From the NCBI GenBank assembly GCA_031459535.1, contig JAVKIJ010000046.1, positions 1 to 24,748 on the forward strand: 24,748 nt of DNA. The letters are read 5' to 3'. Below, in pieces: positions 8,603-16,717 of the stretch. A program made the position numbers and the translations under genes. Below the pieces are notes generated by a model. That model was not told the DNA's origin. It ran no database searches and saw nothing but the letters and a program-made list of their open reading frames with translations. Positions within the stretch are counted from its first letter, which is position 1. Each line of letters opens with the position of its first letter. This stretch comes from Candidatus Fervidifonticultor quintus. Its GTDB lineage: Bacteria > Sysuimicrobiota > Sysuimicrobiia > Sysuimicrobiales > Humicultoraceae.

Positions 8603-8631
8603 ATCCTACCGCCGCCCCGGGCTGGTGTCAA
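8603..8631 (-). promoter_or_regulatory. sigma70-type promoter of tRNA-fMet
   Basis: TTGACA (8631-8626), 17-nt spacer, TAGGAT (8608-8603), ending 11 nt upstream of the tRNA. Confidence 0.8.
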
Positions 8632-8656
8632 CAAAGGGGAATGGCGCAACCGACCC

Positions 8657-9259
8657 TCACCGCCACCTGGCCAGGGTCGGGTCGTGCGCCAGCATCCAGG
8701 CCTCATTGGTGCGCCACGGGGAGAGGACCTCGGAGCGCACGCGAACGGCCTTGTCGGTCCACTGCACCCCGTCGCGCGCCACTGGTTTGCCGTCGGCCCG
8801 GTAGTACCACTTGACGTCCTGAATCAGGAACCAGAGATAGTGCAGGTACGACGACGCCACGACCTCGGTCACATCCATCATACCAGCGTCGAAGAATCCC
8901 ACCGGCGATTCGCCCAAGCCGTCTCGGCGGTCGAGCAGCAGCACGTAGGGGTTTCCGCACCCGTCGCTGCCGACCTCGACGTACGCGTCCTTCCAGCCCA
9001 GCGCGCCCCACAGCGCCCGCGCCTGCCGCGTCGAGTACAGAAGATTGAGCGCGGTCTGGATGGGCGGCACACCCAGCACGGGCTCGTGGACAATGAACCC
9101 GCCGTTGAACGCCGCCAGGACCTGGAGCATCGACGGTGGAAATCGGACGCCCAGCTCGGTCTGAGTCCGGGCGACCTGGTGTGGGATCGCCGGCTCGTTC
9201 AGGCGTACCACGCCCGGGGCGAAGTACGCCAGCTCTCGCCGGATGTCGTGCAGCGTCAC
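8657..9259 (-). CDS. SMI1/KNR4 (SUKH) family protein
   Basis: Pattern NEPA...TQTELGVRFPPS...FNGG and GSDGCGNPYVL. GTGA overlap with the purR stop. Confidence 0.8.
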   Translation of the reverse strand: MTLHDIRRELAYFAPGVVRLNEPAIPHQVARTQTELGVRFPPSMLQVLAAFNGGFIVHEPVLGVPPIQTALNLLYSTRQARALWGALGWKDAYVEVGSDGCGNPYVLLLDRRDGLGESPVGFFDAGMMDVTEVVASSYLHYLWFLIQDVKWYYRADGKPVARDGVQWTDKAVRVRSEVLSPWRTNEAWMLAHDPTLARWR

Positions 9260-10128
9260 GGAGCGTCGCCGGCCTGCCCGAGCTCTAGGCCGGCCGCCAG
9301 GGCGTCGATCCAGCGGCTCGGGCTCACCCGAGGCTCGCCGTCCACCACGCCGTGGTAGGTGATCAGCGCCAGATACCGGTCCAGCATCTTGTCTGCAGGG
9401 TGCTCCGTCTCAATCAATACCCCAACACCGACCACTTGAGCCCCGAACTCCCGCATCAAGTCATATACCCCACGGGCCGTCCCGCCACCGCGCAGAAAGT
9501 CGTCGATGAACAGGGCGCGGGCCCCCCGCGGCATGACACGAAGGGGCAGGGTCATGGACTGCACCATTCTGGACGATCCGGACACGTAGTTCACGCTGAC
9601 CGACGGGCCATCGGTCACCTTCCCGCCACGCCGGATGGTGACCAGCGGGACGTTGAACGCCCGCGCGGTCATGAACGCCAGCGGGATCCCCTTGACCTCC
9701 ATGGTCAGGATCACGTCGGGCCGGGCCTGCCAGAACAGCGTGGCGAAGGCTTCGCCGATCTCCTCCGTCAGCGAAGGCGTGGAGACGATGTCAGCGGTGT
9801 AGAGGAACCCGCCGGGAAGCACGCGCCCCGGATCGCGCAGCCGGGCGCACAGATCCTCGACCAGGCGCACGATCTGCTCGCGGGACCGCAGCGGCCGGAA
9901 GCGCACGCCGCCGCCTGCGCCCGGGACCGTCTCGATGCGACCGATGCCGAACCGGTCGCAGACCGCCCGTAGCAGGGCCAGGTCTTCGCTCACCGTGGAC
10001 TTGGCGGCCCCTGTCGCTTCGGCGAAACTGGACAGGGAGTGCAGCTGGTTGGGCGCGCGCATCAGGCGGCGCGCCAGGAGCACCATCCGGTCTCCCCGCC
10101 GCAGCCGACCGCCCTCGCGCGTCGCCAT
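9256..10128 (-). CDS. purR: Pur operon repressor, Bacillus-type (wHTH + PRTase domain)
   Basis: AAKSTVSEDL, ETVPGAGGGVRF, RVLPGGFLY, SVNYVSGSS and PRPP loop IDDFLRGGGT. ATG at 10128 has a GGAGGGGG SD. Confidence 0.92.
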   Translation of the reverse strand: MATREGGRLRRGDRMVLLARRLMRAPNQLHSLSSFAEATGAAKSTVSEDLALLRAVCDRFGIGRIETVPGAGGGVRFRPLRSREQIVRLVEDLCARLRDPGRVLPGGFLYTADIVSTPSLTEEIGEAFATLFWQARPDVILTMEVKGIPLAFMTARAFNVPLVTIRRGGKVTDGPSVSVNYVSGSSRMVQSMTLPLRVMPRGARALFIDDFLRGGGTARGVYDLMREFGAQVVGVGVLIETEHPADKMLDRYLALITYHGVVDGEPRVSPSRWIDALAAGLELGQAGDAP

Positions 10129-10154
10129 CTGTCCCCCTCCGCGCCGCGGGCGGC

Positions 10155-10913
10155 CTATCGGCTCTCCGACCCCGCCAGGGCGGCCTGCAGCACCGCCAGG
10201 TTCTCCGGCCGCTGCGTGTCCACGTCGAGGGCGAGCTCCGGGCTGGACACGATGACGGCCCGGGCGCGAATGCCGGTGATGTCGTACGCCCGCGCCTCCA
10301 GCTCGGCGATGGACAGACGGCCAGAGGCGAATTTCATGACGACGGCCCACCCGAACATCTGCGCCAGCACCCAGGGCTTCTTCCGCGCGGCCAGGATCTG
10401 CTCGACGAACGGTCGGACGCGGCCGATGACATCAGCCGCAAACAGCAGGACGCTGCCGCCGGTAAACGTGCCGTCTGTGACCCGAACGTAGGTCTTGCGC
10501 GCGCCAGGATAGCGCTGCTCGATGACCGCCTGCGGCACCACCGGGTAGTAGAAGTCGGCGCCAGTCTGGCAGCGCCCGAGGAAGTCGTCCAGCACCCTCC
10601 CCGTCAGCAGGGGCAGGTCGGAGGCCACGGCCAGGACCTGGCCGGTCGCCCCCACCTTCCTTATCGCGGCCTCGACGTTGTGCATCATCGAACCCTGCTC
10701 GGGCACGACCTCGACGCCGGGCCCCACGAGCGCCAAGAGCGGTTCGGCCGGCCCCACCACGACGATCCGGTCCACGGCCGCGCATGCCCGCAGGGCCGCC
10801 AGCACATGGACGAGGAGCGGCCGGCCCCCCAGCGTCAAGAACGCTTTGTTGGGCAGACCGGGTGCCAGGCGGGGTTCAGGCTCCCCGCCGGCCATGACGA
10901 TGGCAGCGGGCAC
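10155..10913 (-). CDS. MobA-like nucleotidyltransferase domain protein, function unknown
   Basis: AIVMAGG...NKAFLTLGGRPLL, ASDLPLL and ALDVD. GTG start overlaps the ispE stop. Confidence 0.8.
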   Translation of the reverse strand: MPAAIVMAGGEPEPRLAPGLPNKAFLTLGGRPLLVHVLAALRACAAVDRIVVVGPAEPLLALVGPGVEVVPEQGSMMHNVEAAIRKVGATGQVLAVASDLPLLTGRVLDDFLGRCQTGADFYYPVVPQAVIEQRYPGARKTYVRVTDGTFTGGSVLLFAADVIGRVRPFVEQILAARKKPWVLAQMFGWAVVMKFASGRLSIAELEARAYDITGIRARAVIVSSPELALDVDTQRPENLAVLQAALAGSESR

Positions 10914-11779
10914 TACCGCTCCTCCGCGAAGGTGCGGGTCACGATCACATCGACGTCGGGCATCGCCCCCAGGGTCTCGGCGACCCGCCGGGCCGCAGCC
11001 TCATTGGCCATCAGGCCGAACACGGTGGGACCGGTCCCGGTCATCGCGGCACCGTACGCCTCACCCCGCAGGATCTGCGCCTTGAGCTCGGCGACCACGG
11101 GGTGGTGTGCGGCGACCACGTTCTCGAACACGTTGCACAGTAGCCGGCCGACCGCCGGCACGTCGCGGCGACGGACCGCCTCCGCAAGGGCGGCGATATC
11201 CGGACGGTGCGCGATCTCCTGCAGCCTGATCTGTCCGTAGGCCCACTGGGTGAGCACCGGAATGCGCGGGCGAGCCAGCACCACCCAGGTCGCCGGCAGC
11301 GCCGGGAGGCGCTGCACTCGCTCGCCGCGGCCTCGGGCCACGGCCGCGCCGCCCGTGAGGAAGAAAGGGATGTCCGACCCCAGCCGCGCGGCCAGCGCCA
11401 TCAGTTCGCGGCCGTCGAGCCGGATCTTCCACATCTGCGCCAGGCCCATCAGGGTCACGGCCGCGTCTGCGCTGCCGCCGCCCAGCCCGGCCGCTACAGG
11501 GATGTGCTTGCGGATCTCGATCTCGACCGGCCGCGTCACGCCGTGCTGCTCGCGCAGCATGGCCGCAGCCCGGTAGACCAGGCTGTCAGGACCGGTGGGT
11601 ATACTCTCGCCGGTGCTGGTCACCCTGATGCCGTCGCCCTGCTCTCTGAGAAAGATGTCATCGTGCAGCGCGACGGTGTGGAGGACGGTTGCGATCTCGT
11701 GGAACCCGTCGTCGCGAGGCGCCAGCACGTCCAGGCCCAGGTTCACCTTGGCATACGCGTTGAGGTGGAGTTCCTTCAC
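10913..11779 (-). CDS. ispE: 4-diphosphocytidyl-2-C-methyl-D-erythritol kinase
   Basis: AYAKVNLGLDV, IPVAAGLGGGSADAA, GSDIPFF, GRGE and MTGTGPTVF. GTG at 11779 has a GGAGG SD. Confidence 0.95.
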   Translation of the reverse strand: MKELHLNAYAKVNLGLDVLAPRDDGFHEIATVLHTVALHDDIFLREQGDGIRVTSTGESIPTGPDSLVYRAAAMLREQHGVTRPVEIEIRKHIPVAAGLGGGSADAAVTLMGLAQMWKIRLDGRELMALAARLGSDIPFFLTGGAAVARGRGERVQRLPALPATWVVLARPRIPVLTQWAYGQIRLQEIAHRPDIAALAEAVRRRDVPAVGRLLCNVFENVVAAHHPVVAELKAQILRGEAYGAAMTGTGPTVFGLMANEAAARRVAETLGAMPDVDVIVTRTFAEER

Positions 11780-11806
11780 ACCCGCATCCTCCCGAGCGTG
11801 TCCCAG

Positions 11807-11829
11807 CGGCACCTAGTGCTTAGGTGCCG
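11807..11829. repeat. Perfect 9-bp inverted repeat in the ispE/LCP divergent intergenic region
   Basis: CGGCACCTA-gtgct-TAGGTGCCG. Confidence 0.7.
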
Positions 11830-11875
11830 GCAGGCGCAAGTCCTCTGTCTCGCGCCCGCCACCGCGGTCCTCGGA

Positions 11876-11904
11876 TTGCGCCACCGGGCGCCTTCACCTA
11901 AGAT
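11876..11904 (+). promoter_or_regulatory. sigma70-type promoter of the LCP gene (probably leaderless)
   Basis: TTGCGC (11876-11881), 17-nt spacer, TAAGAT (11899-11904), 6 nt, then GTG at 11911. No SD. Confidence 0.6.
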
Positions 11905-11910
11905 AGACCC

Positions 11911-13251
11911 GTGGCTCACGAAGAACGGCCCGCCGCGCCGGAGACGATTCCATCATCGGCAGCGCCGGAGCCCCCCCAGTCCACGATGCTCGCCCCGCTT
12001 CCACCTCCGCGCCCGCGCCGCCGGTGGTGGAGGTACGTGGCGCGGGCCATCCCCCTGCTCGTCGCGACCGTGGGAGGCCTGGCGCTCGGGGGCTACATCT
12101 ACCTGCTGGCCCAGGTGGCGGTCGGCCCGGCCGATGTGGCCCGCCGGCCGCAGGCCCGGTTGTTCGCGTGGCCCTTCCGCCTGGTCGATCGCGTGAACGT
12201 GCTGGTCATCGGTGTGGACGTGACCCTCGATGGCAGGCGACGGGTCCTCAACGTGAGCCGCGCCGACTCCCTGATCCTCGTCAGCGTGGACCCCAAGCGC
12301 CGGCGCATCGCCGCCCTGGCCATTCCGCGCGACACACGGGCCTTCATCCCGGGCATCGGCGAGACCAAGATCAACGCGTCGTACGCCTACGGCGGCCCGC
12401 GGCTGACCATCCGCACGGTAGAGCACCTGCTGGCGGTCAAGGTGCACTACTACGTCAAGCTCGGGCCGCAGTCATTCGCGCAGCTCATCGATGCCATCGG
12501 CGGGCTGGACGTCGATGTCGAGAAGGACATGAGGTACACCGACTCCTGGGCCGGGTATTCGATCAACCTCAAGAAGGGGCGCCATCACCTCAACGGCGAC
12601 CAGGTCACCGGGTACATTCGCTTCCGTCACGACGAGATGGGGGACATCGGCCGGGTGGAGCGGCAGCGGAAGGTGATGAACACCCTGGTGCGGCGGCTCC
12701 GGCAGCCCGAGACGATTCTCCATGCGCCAAGCCTGCTGCGCGCCTTCGCGCGGAACACCCAGACCGATCTCGGGGCCGTTGAGTTGATGACGCTGGGCCT
12801 GTTCGCGCTCCGCGCGAAGGATGCGCCGCTGCTGGAGTACACTCTGCCGGGCGGCTTCGCGCCCATGTACTGGGAGCCAGACTTCGGGCGGATCCGGCCG
12901 CTGGTCGCCGATCTGTTCTACGGCCTGTCGGCGGCCGAGCTCGCCGACACCCTGGTGGAGGTCCGCAGCCCACCTGGTCAGGCCGCGCTGGCCTGGCAGG
13001 CCGCGGCTCGCCTCCAGGAAGTGGGCTTCCATAACGTGAAGGTCAGCACGCAGCCTGCTGCCGCCGAGGTCACGACGGTTGTTGCCCGGATGCCGGAGGC
13101 TGGAGCTGCCCGGCTGGCCGCCGCGGCGCTCGGGCGCGCCGTGCTCAGGCACGACCTGGGCGCTGCTGGCGCGCCGATCACAGTGATCGCGGTGCGACAA
13201 CCCATAGATAGAGCTCAGGGGACCCTGCCGCGACGCAACGGCTCGCAGTAA
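11911..13251 (+). CDS. LytR-CpsA-Psr (LCP) family cell-wall glycopolymer transferase, possibly with a LytR_C-like C-terminal domain
   Basis: N-terminal TM helix; VNVLVIGVD, RADSLIL, IPRDT, KINASYAYGG and RFRHDEMGDIGRVERQ. Confidence 0.92.
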   Translation: MAHEERPAAPETIPSSAAPEPPQSTMLAPLPPPRPRRRWWRYVARAIPLLVATVGGLALGGYIYLLAQVAVGPADVARRPQARLFAWPFRLVDRVNVLVIGVDVTLDGRRRVLNVSRADSLILVSVDPKRRRIAALAIPRDTRAFIPGIGETKINASYAYGGPRLTIRTVEHLLAVKVHYYVKLGPQSFAQLIDAIGGLDVDVEKDMRYTDSWAGYSINLKKGRHHLNGDQVTGYIRFRHDEMGDIGRVERQRKVMNTLVRRLRQPETILHAPSLLRAFARNTQTDLGAVELMTLGLFALRAKDAPLLEYTLPGGFAPMYWEPDFGRIRPLVADLFYGLSAAELADTLVEVRSPPGQAALAWQAAARLQEVGFHNVKVSTQPAAAEVTTVVARMPEAGAARLAAAALGRAVLRHDLGAAGAPITVIAVRQPIDRAQGTLPRRNGSQ

Positions 13252-13254
13252 ACG

Positions 13255-13342
13255 CGTCAGCGGCCGCCTCCCGCGGAGTTAGGCCGGGTTGCTCCCCAGG
13301 GAGTACCTCACTCCCATCTCGCGCGGCTGCGCACCGCTGACG
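13255..13342 (-). ncRNA. Candidate structured small RNA (unassigned family)
   Basis: Long closing stem CGUCAGCGG/CCGCUGACG, inner stem CCGCG/CGCGG, and hairpins GGGAGU-GAGGU-ACUCCC and UGGG-GAGCAA-CCCG. A promoter lies directly upstream. Confidence 0.55.
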
Positions 13343-13347
13343 GTCGA

Positions 13348-13376
13348 ACTCTAACACCCGCCCACACCGTCGTCAA
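13348..13376 (-). promoter_or_regulatory. sigma70-type promoter for the candidate sRNA
   Basis: TTGACG (13376-13371, overlapping the aminotransferase stop), 17-nt spacer ending TGT (extended -10), TAGAGT (13353-13348). Predicted TSS ~13341-13342. Confidence 0.6.
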
Positions 13377-14623
13377 TCCGAAACGGTCGTTCCCCCTCTG
13401 TGGATGGTGTGGATAGCCGGGGCCATGCGGCGCACCAGCCGCGCCAGCCTCCCGATGCCCTCGCGGATCTCCTCCTCGGACGGATAGGAGAAATTCAGGC
13501 GCATGGTGTTGCGGCCGCTCCCGTCGCAGTGAAACGCCTGGCCGGGGACATAGGCAACGCCCTCTTCCTGCACTGCAGCCCGCAGCATGGCGCCGGCATC
13601 CATGTCTTCAGGCAGACGCACCCAGAGGAACAGGCCGCCTTCAGGTCGCGTCCACGACACGCCGGGAGGCATCTGGCTAGCGAGGGCCTCGAGCATCGCC
13701 TCGCGCTTCCGGCGGTACAGCGCCGCCACCGCGGGCAGACGCTGCGCGACCGTGCCGCGCGCCAGCAGTGCCGCGGCGATGGCTTGCGTGAACGAGGGTC
13801 CGCACAGATCCATGCCCTGTTTGGCCGTCACGCACCGCTCGATGATGGGCGCAGGCGCGGCGATCCAGCCGATGCGCAGGCCGGGGGCCAGTGTCTTGCT
13901 GAACGTGGACAGATAGAGGGTGCGCCGGTCGCGGTCGAGGGCGGCCACCGGCGGCGGGGCCTGGCCCATGAAGCGCATCTCGCGGTACGGGTTGTCTTCG
14001 ACGACCAGCACGTTGAACTCGGCCGCCAGGTCGAGCAGCCGCTCGCGGCGCTGGCGGCTCCAGGTGATCCCCGAGGGGTTCTGGAAATCGGGGACCACGT
14101 AGATGAACTTGAGTCGCCGCCCGGCGCGCCGCAGGTCGCGCAGCACCCCCGCCAGCCGATCGGGCTCGAGGCCCTCGTCGTCCTGGGGAACCCCAACCAT
14201 CTCGATCTGGTAGTAGCGAAACGCTTGGAGGCCACCCAGGTAGGACGGTAGCTCGCAGACGATGACGTCACCCGGGTCCAGCAGCACGCGGCCGACGATG
14301 TCCAGCGCCTGCTGCGATCCGTTGGTGATGAGGATCTGGTCCCGCTCGAAGGTGATGCCGTCCTTGGCCATCCACTTGACCAGCTCCTCGCGGAGCCTCG
14401 CGTCGCCTTCGGTGGTCCCGTACTGCAGAGCGCGGCCTGCCCCGGTGCGAAGGACCTCGTGGATCACCTCCTGGAGTTCGCCGACCGGAAAGGTCGCGGG
14501 ATCTGGGAGACCACCGGCAAACGAGATGACCTTCCCGCCGGCGGCAAACTTGAGCAACTCGCGGATGACGGACCGTTCGGCTCCCCGTGCGGGCGTTGAG
14601 AAGAACGCGTCGAACTCAATCAT
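13373..14623 (-). CDS. PLP-dependent class I/II aminotransferase (LysN/2-aminoadipate or aromatic transaminase-like)
   Basis: ISFAGGLPDP, LQYGTTEG, ITNGSQQAL, PDFQNPSG, EDNPY and PLP-lysine motif STFSKTLAPGLRIGW. Confidence 0.9.
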   Translation of the reverse strand: MIEFDAFFSTPARGAERSVIRELLKFAAGGKVISFAGGLPDPATFPVGELQEVIHEVLRTGAGRALQYGTTEGDARLREELVKWMAKDGITFERDQILITNGSQQALDIVGRVLLDPGDVIVCELPSYLGGLQAFRYYQIEMVGVPQDDEGLEPDRLAGVLRDLRRAGRRLKFIYVVPDFQNPSGITWSRQRRERLLDLAAEFNVLVVEDNPYREMRFMGQAPPPVAALDRDRRTLYLSTFSKTLAPGLRIGWIAAPAPIIERCVTAKQGMDLCGPSFTQAIAAALLARGTVAQRLPAVAALYRRKREAMLEALASQMPPGVSWTRPEGGLFLWVRLPEDMDAGAMLRAAVQEEGVAYVPGQAFHCDGSGRNTMRLNFSYPSEEEIREGIGRLARLVRRMAPAIHTIHRGGTTVSD

Positions 14624-14665
14624 CGCGTCACCTACCGGTCCAGAGTTCCTGCCGGGGGCTCGTGC

Positions 14666-15574
14666 TCAGCCCCCCTGGTCACTTCCCGACCGGCCCTCGC
14701 CGTCCCTGTCGGCAAGGACCTCGGCCAACCGCACGAACTCGGCCAGCGACAGGCTCTCTCCCCGGCGGCGCGCGTCGATACCGGCCGCCAGGCACAGCGC
14801 CTCGACGGTCTCCGGGGGCAGGTGCGGCTGCCGTGCAGCCCGCAGAGCGGTGCGCAGCATCTTGCGGCGCTGGCCGAATGCCGCGCGGGCGACGGTCATG
14901 ACCACGGACACCAGCGGCCGAGGCACCGGCGGCGGATCCGGGACCTCGAGGCGAACGATGGCCGAGGTCACCTGCGGAGGCGGGAAAAACGCCCGGCGCG
15001 GCACCAGGCTGACGATAGTCGGGAGGGCATGGGCCTGCACGGCCACCGACAGCAGGCCGTAGGCCTCGGTGTCCGGGCCGGCGACGATGCGGCGCGCCAC
15101 CTCCTCCTGGACCATGACGACGAACCGGCGTCCCCATCCGGCCTCCAGCAGGGTGATCAGCAGCGGCGAGGCGATCGAATAGGGCAGGTTGGCGACGACC
15201 TTGGTCGGCACCCCGGGCAACATCTCGGCTGCCAAGGCCATGGCGTCGGCGTGAAGGATGCGCACTCCAGGATACGGGGCACAGGTCGCCCGCAGGACCG
15301 GGATGAACCGGGGATCGACCTCGACCGCCGCGACCGCTGCGCCGGTCCGCGCGAGCGCCACCGTTAACGTACCGATGCCGGCACCGATCTCCAGCACCAG
15401 GTCGGTCGGATCGGGCGCCGCCGCCTCGACGATGCGGGCGAGGACGCGGCGGTCAACGAGAAAGTGCTGCCCGCGGGACGGCCGCAGGCGCAGGCCGGCA
15501 GCGCGCAGCGCGGCCCGGACCCCGGCCGGGGTCGCCAGGTCCAGGTGGGCCAGGGCGGAGAGCTCGTCGGTCAG
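14666..15574 (-). CDS. rsmA: 16S rRNA (adenine1518/1519-N6) dimethyltransferase
   Basis: GQHFL, VLEIGAGIG, VEVD, VVANLPY, MVQEEVA and AFFPPPQVTS. Start uncertain (CTG 15574 or TTG 15634). Confidence 0.92.
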   Translation of the reverse strand: MTDELSALAHLDLATPAGVRAALRAAGLRLRPSRGQHFLVDRRVLARIVEAAAPDPTDLVLEIGAGIGTLTVALARTGAAVAAVEVDPRFIPVLRATCAPYPGVRILHADAMALAAEMLPGVPTKVVANLPYSIASPLLITLLEAGWGRRFVVMVQEEVARRIVAGPDTEAYGLLSVAVQAHALPTIVSLVPRRAFFPPPQVTSAIVRLEVPDPPPVPRPLVSVVMTVARAAFGQRRKMLRTALRAARQPHLPPETVEALCLAAGIDARRRGESLSLAEFVRLAEVLADRDGEGRSGSDQGG

Positions 15575-15578
15575 AGAA

Positions 15579-16571
15579 CTAGCGGCGCGCGCTCGGCTCG
15601 GACAGGATGTACACCCGCACGGGTCGCCGGCCAAAACGGTAGGCCTCCCGGGCGGTGCCGAAGCCGAGGTCAATGCGGTTGCCCCGAATCGCGCCGCCGG
15701 TGTCCCCCGCGATCGCCCGGCCGTACCCCTCGATGAAGAGCACCGATCCCAGCGGAATGACCCGCGGGTCAACCGCCACGACCCCGTAGCCAGCCTTCAT
15801 GCCCGTGGCGGTCACGTCGTCGACCCCTCGTCCGTGCCACGGAGCGTAGCCGGTGGCCTCCATGACCAGGACTTCCTTGCCGGCAAACTCACCGCGAGAC
15901 GCAAAGACGCGCCTGGTCCCCACATGGACGATGCGGTCCTGCGGCGGACGCGTGATGACAGCTTCAACCTGGCGCCGCTCGACGATGAAGCCGTCCGCAG
16001 TGGTCACGGCAATCCGGCGGACCCTGATCCCTCCCCGGCCGCTCTGGGCCAATCGAATCTGTCCGCGGGGGAGGGTGGGGTCGGGCCGCCAGATGCGCGC
16101 AAACGTCAGACGCTCCTCCACGGTGACGATGCGCGTCTGCACGCGCACGATCCGGACCGTCGCACCGGGCCACAGCAGACTCTCCGGGGCCGGATAGACA
16201 TGATCCTGCGGTCGCAGGCCGACACCCGTCTCCCCGATAAACTCGTCAACCGTGCGCGCCGCAGTCAGGTAGACCCTGGGGTGGCCATCCGCAAAGAGCC
16301 GCACCGGGAAGGCGCGCCGGATGGCGATCGTCATGCCGGCAGCGAGCGGCGTGCCCGGCTTCGGGAGGACCCGGTCGTGGGGAGAGAGCGCGAGGCCGGC
16401 GTCACGGACCGCGTCGCCCACCGTGCGGCCGTAGGTCCGGACACGCTGGACTCCGGCGTCGTGCTTCACGGCGACGTATCGGGGCAGATGCGCGAGGGCG
16501 GCCACCCCCACCGCCAGCGTTGCCAGCCCCACGCAGGAGAGTAGGAGCGCCCGGCGTCTGGTCGCACGCAT
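15579..16571 (-). CDS. YabE-like cell-wall protein (ubiquitin-like DUF348 repeats + G5 + 3D domain)
   Basis: N-terminal TM/signal; two TV..(A/F)...G..L.P.D.V.P repeats; G5-like DPTLPRGQ...GRGG; 3D motif MEATGY...VAVDPRVIPLGS...AGDTGGAIRGNRIDL. AGGAGGTGA SD. Confidence 0.9.
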   Translation of the reverse strand: MRATRRRALLLSCVGLATLAVGVAALAHLPRYVAVKHDAGVQRVRTYGRTVGDAVRDAGLALSPHDRVLPKPGTPLAAGMTIAIRRAFPVRLFADGHPRVYLTAARTVDEFIGETGVGLRPQDHVYPAPESLLWPGATVRIVRVQTRIVTVEERLTFARIWRPDPTLPRGQIRLAQSGRGGIRVRRIAVTTADGFIVERRQVEAVITRPPQDRIVHVGTRRVFASRGEFAGKEVLVMEATGYAPWHGRGVDDVTATGMKAGYGVVAVDPRVIPLGSVLFIEGYGRAIAGDTGGAIRGNRIDLGFGTAREAYRFGRRPVRVYILSEPSARR

Positions 16572-16713
16572 CGCCTCACCTCCTGTCAGTCGGAGTTTGT
16601 GGGGCGGCCTGGGACTGTGGCCGGAGGCCCCACGGGGATTTCGAACGCCCCGGCGCGTCCTTCCGGCGTCAGGACAGCTCCGGGGCAGGAGAGAGATGCA
16701 GGGGAGTGACTGA
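16572..16713 (-). promoter_or_regulatory. Structured ~140-nt 5' leader of the YabE-like gene (candidate cis-regulatory RNA)
   Basis: Three hairpins inside a CGGAG/CUCCG closing stem, plus a CUCCUG anti-SD segment. Confidence 0.45.
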
Positions 16714-16717
16714 ACTC

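Noticed and set aside
16600-16660. Resemblance of the yabE-like leader to a c-di-GMP-I riboswitch (UUCGAAA and GCCUCCGGCC segments)
   Set aside because: The conserved GCAAA and ACGCAAAG elements are absent and the pairing topology differs.
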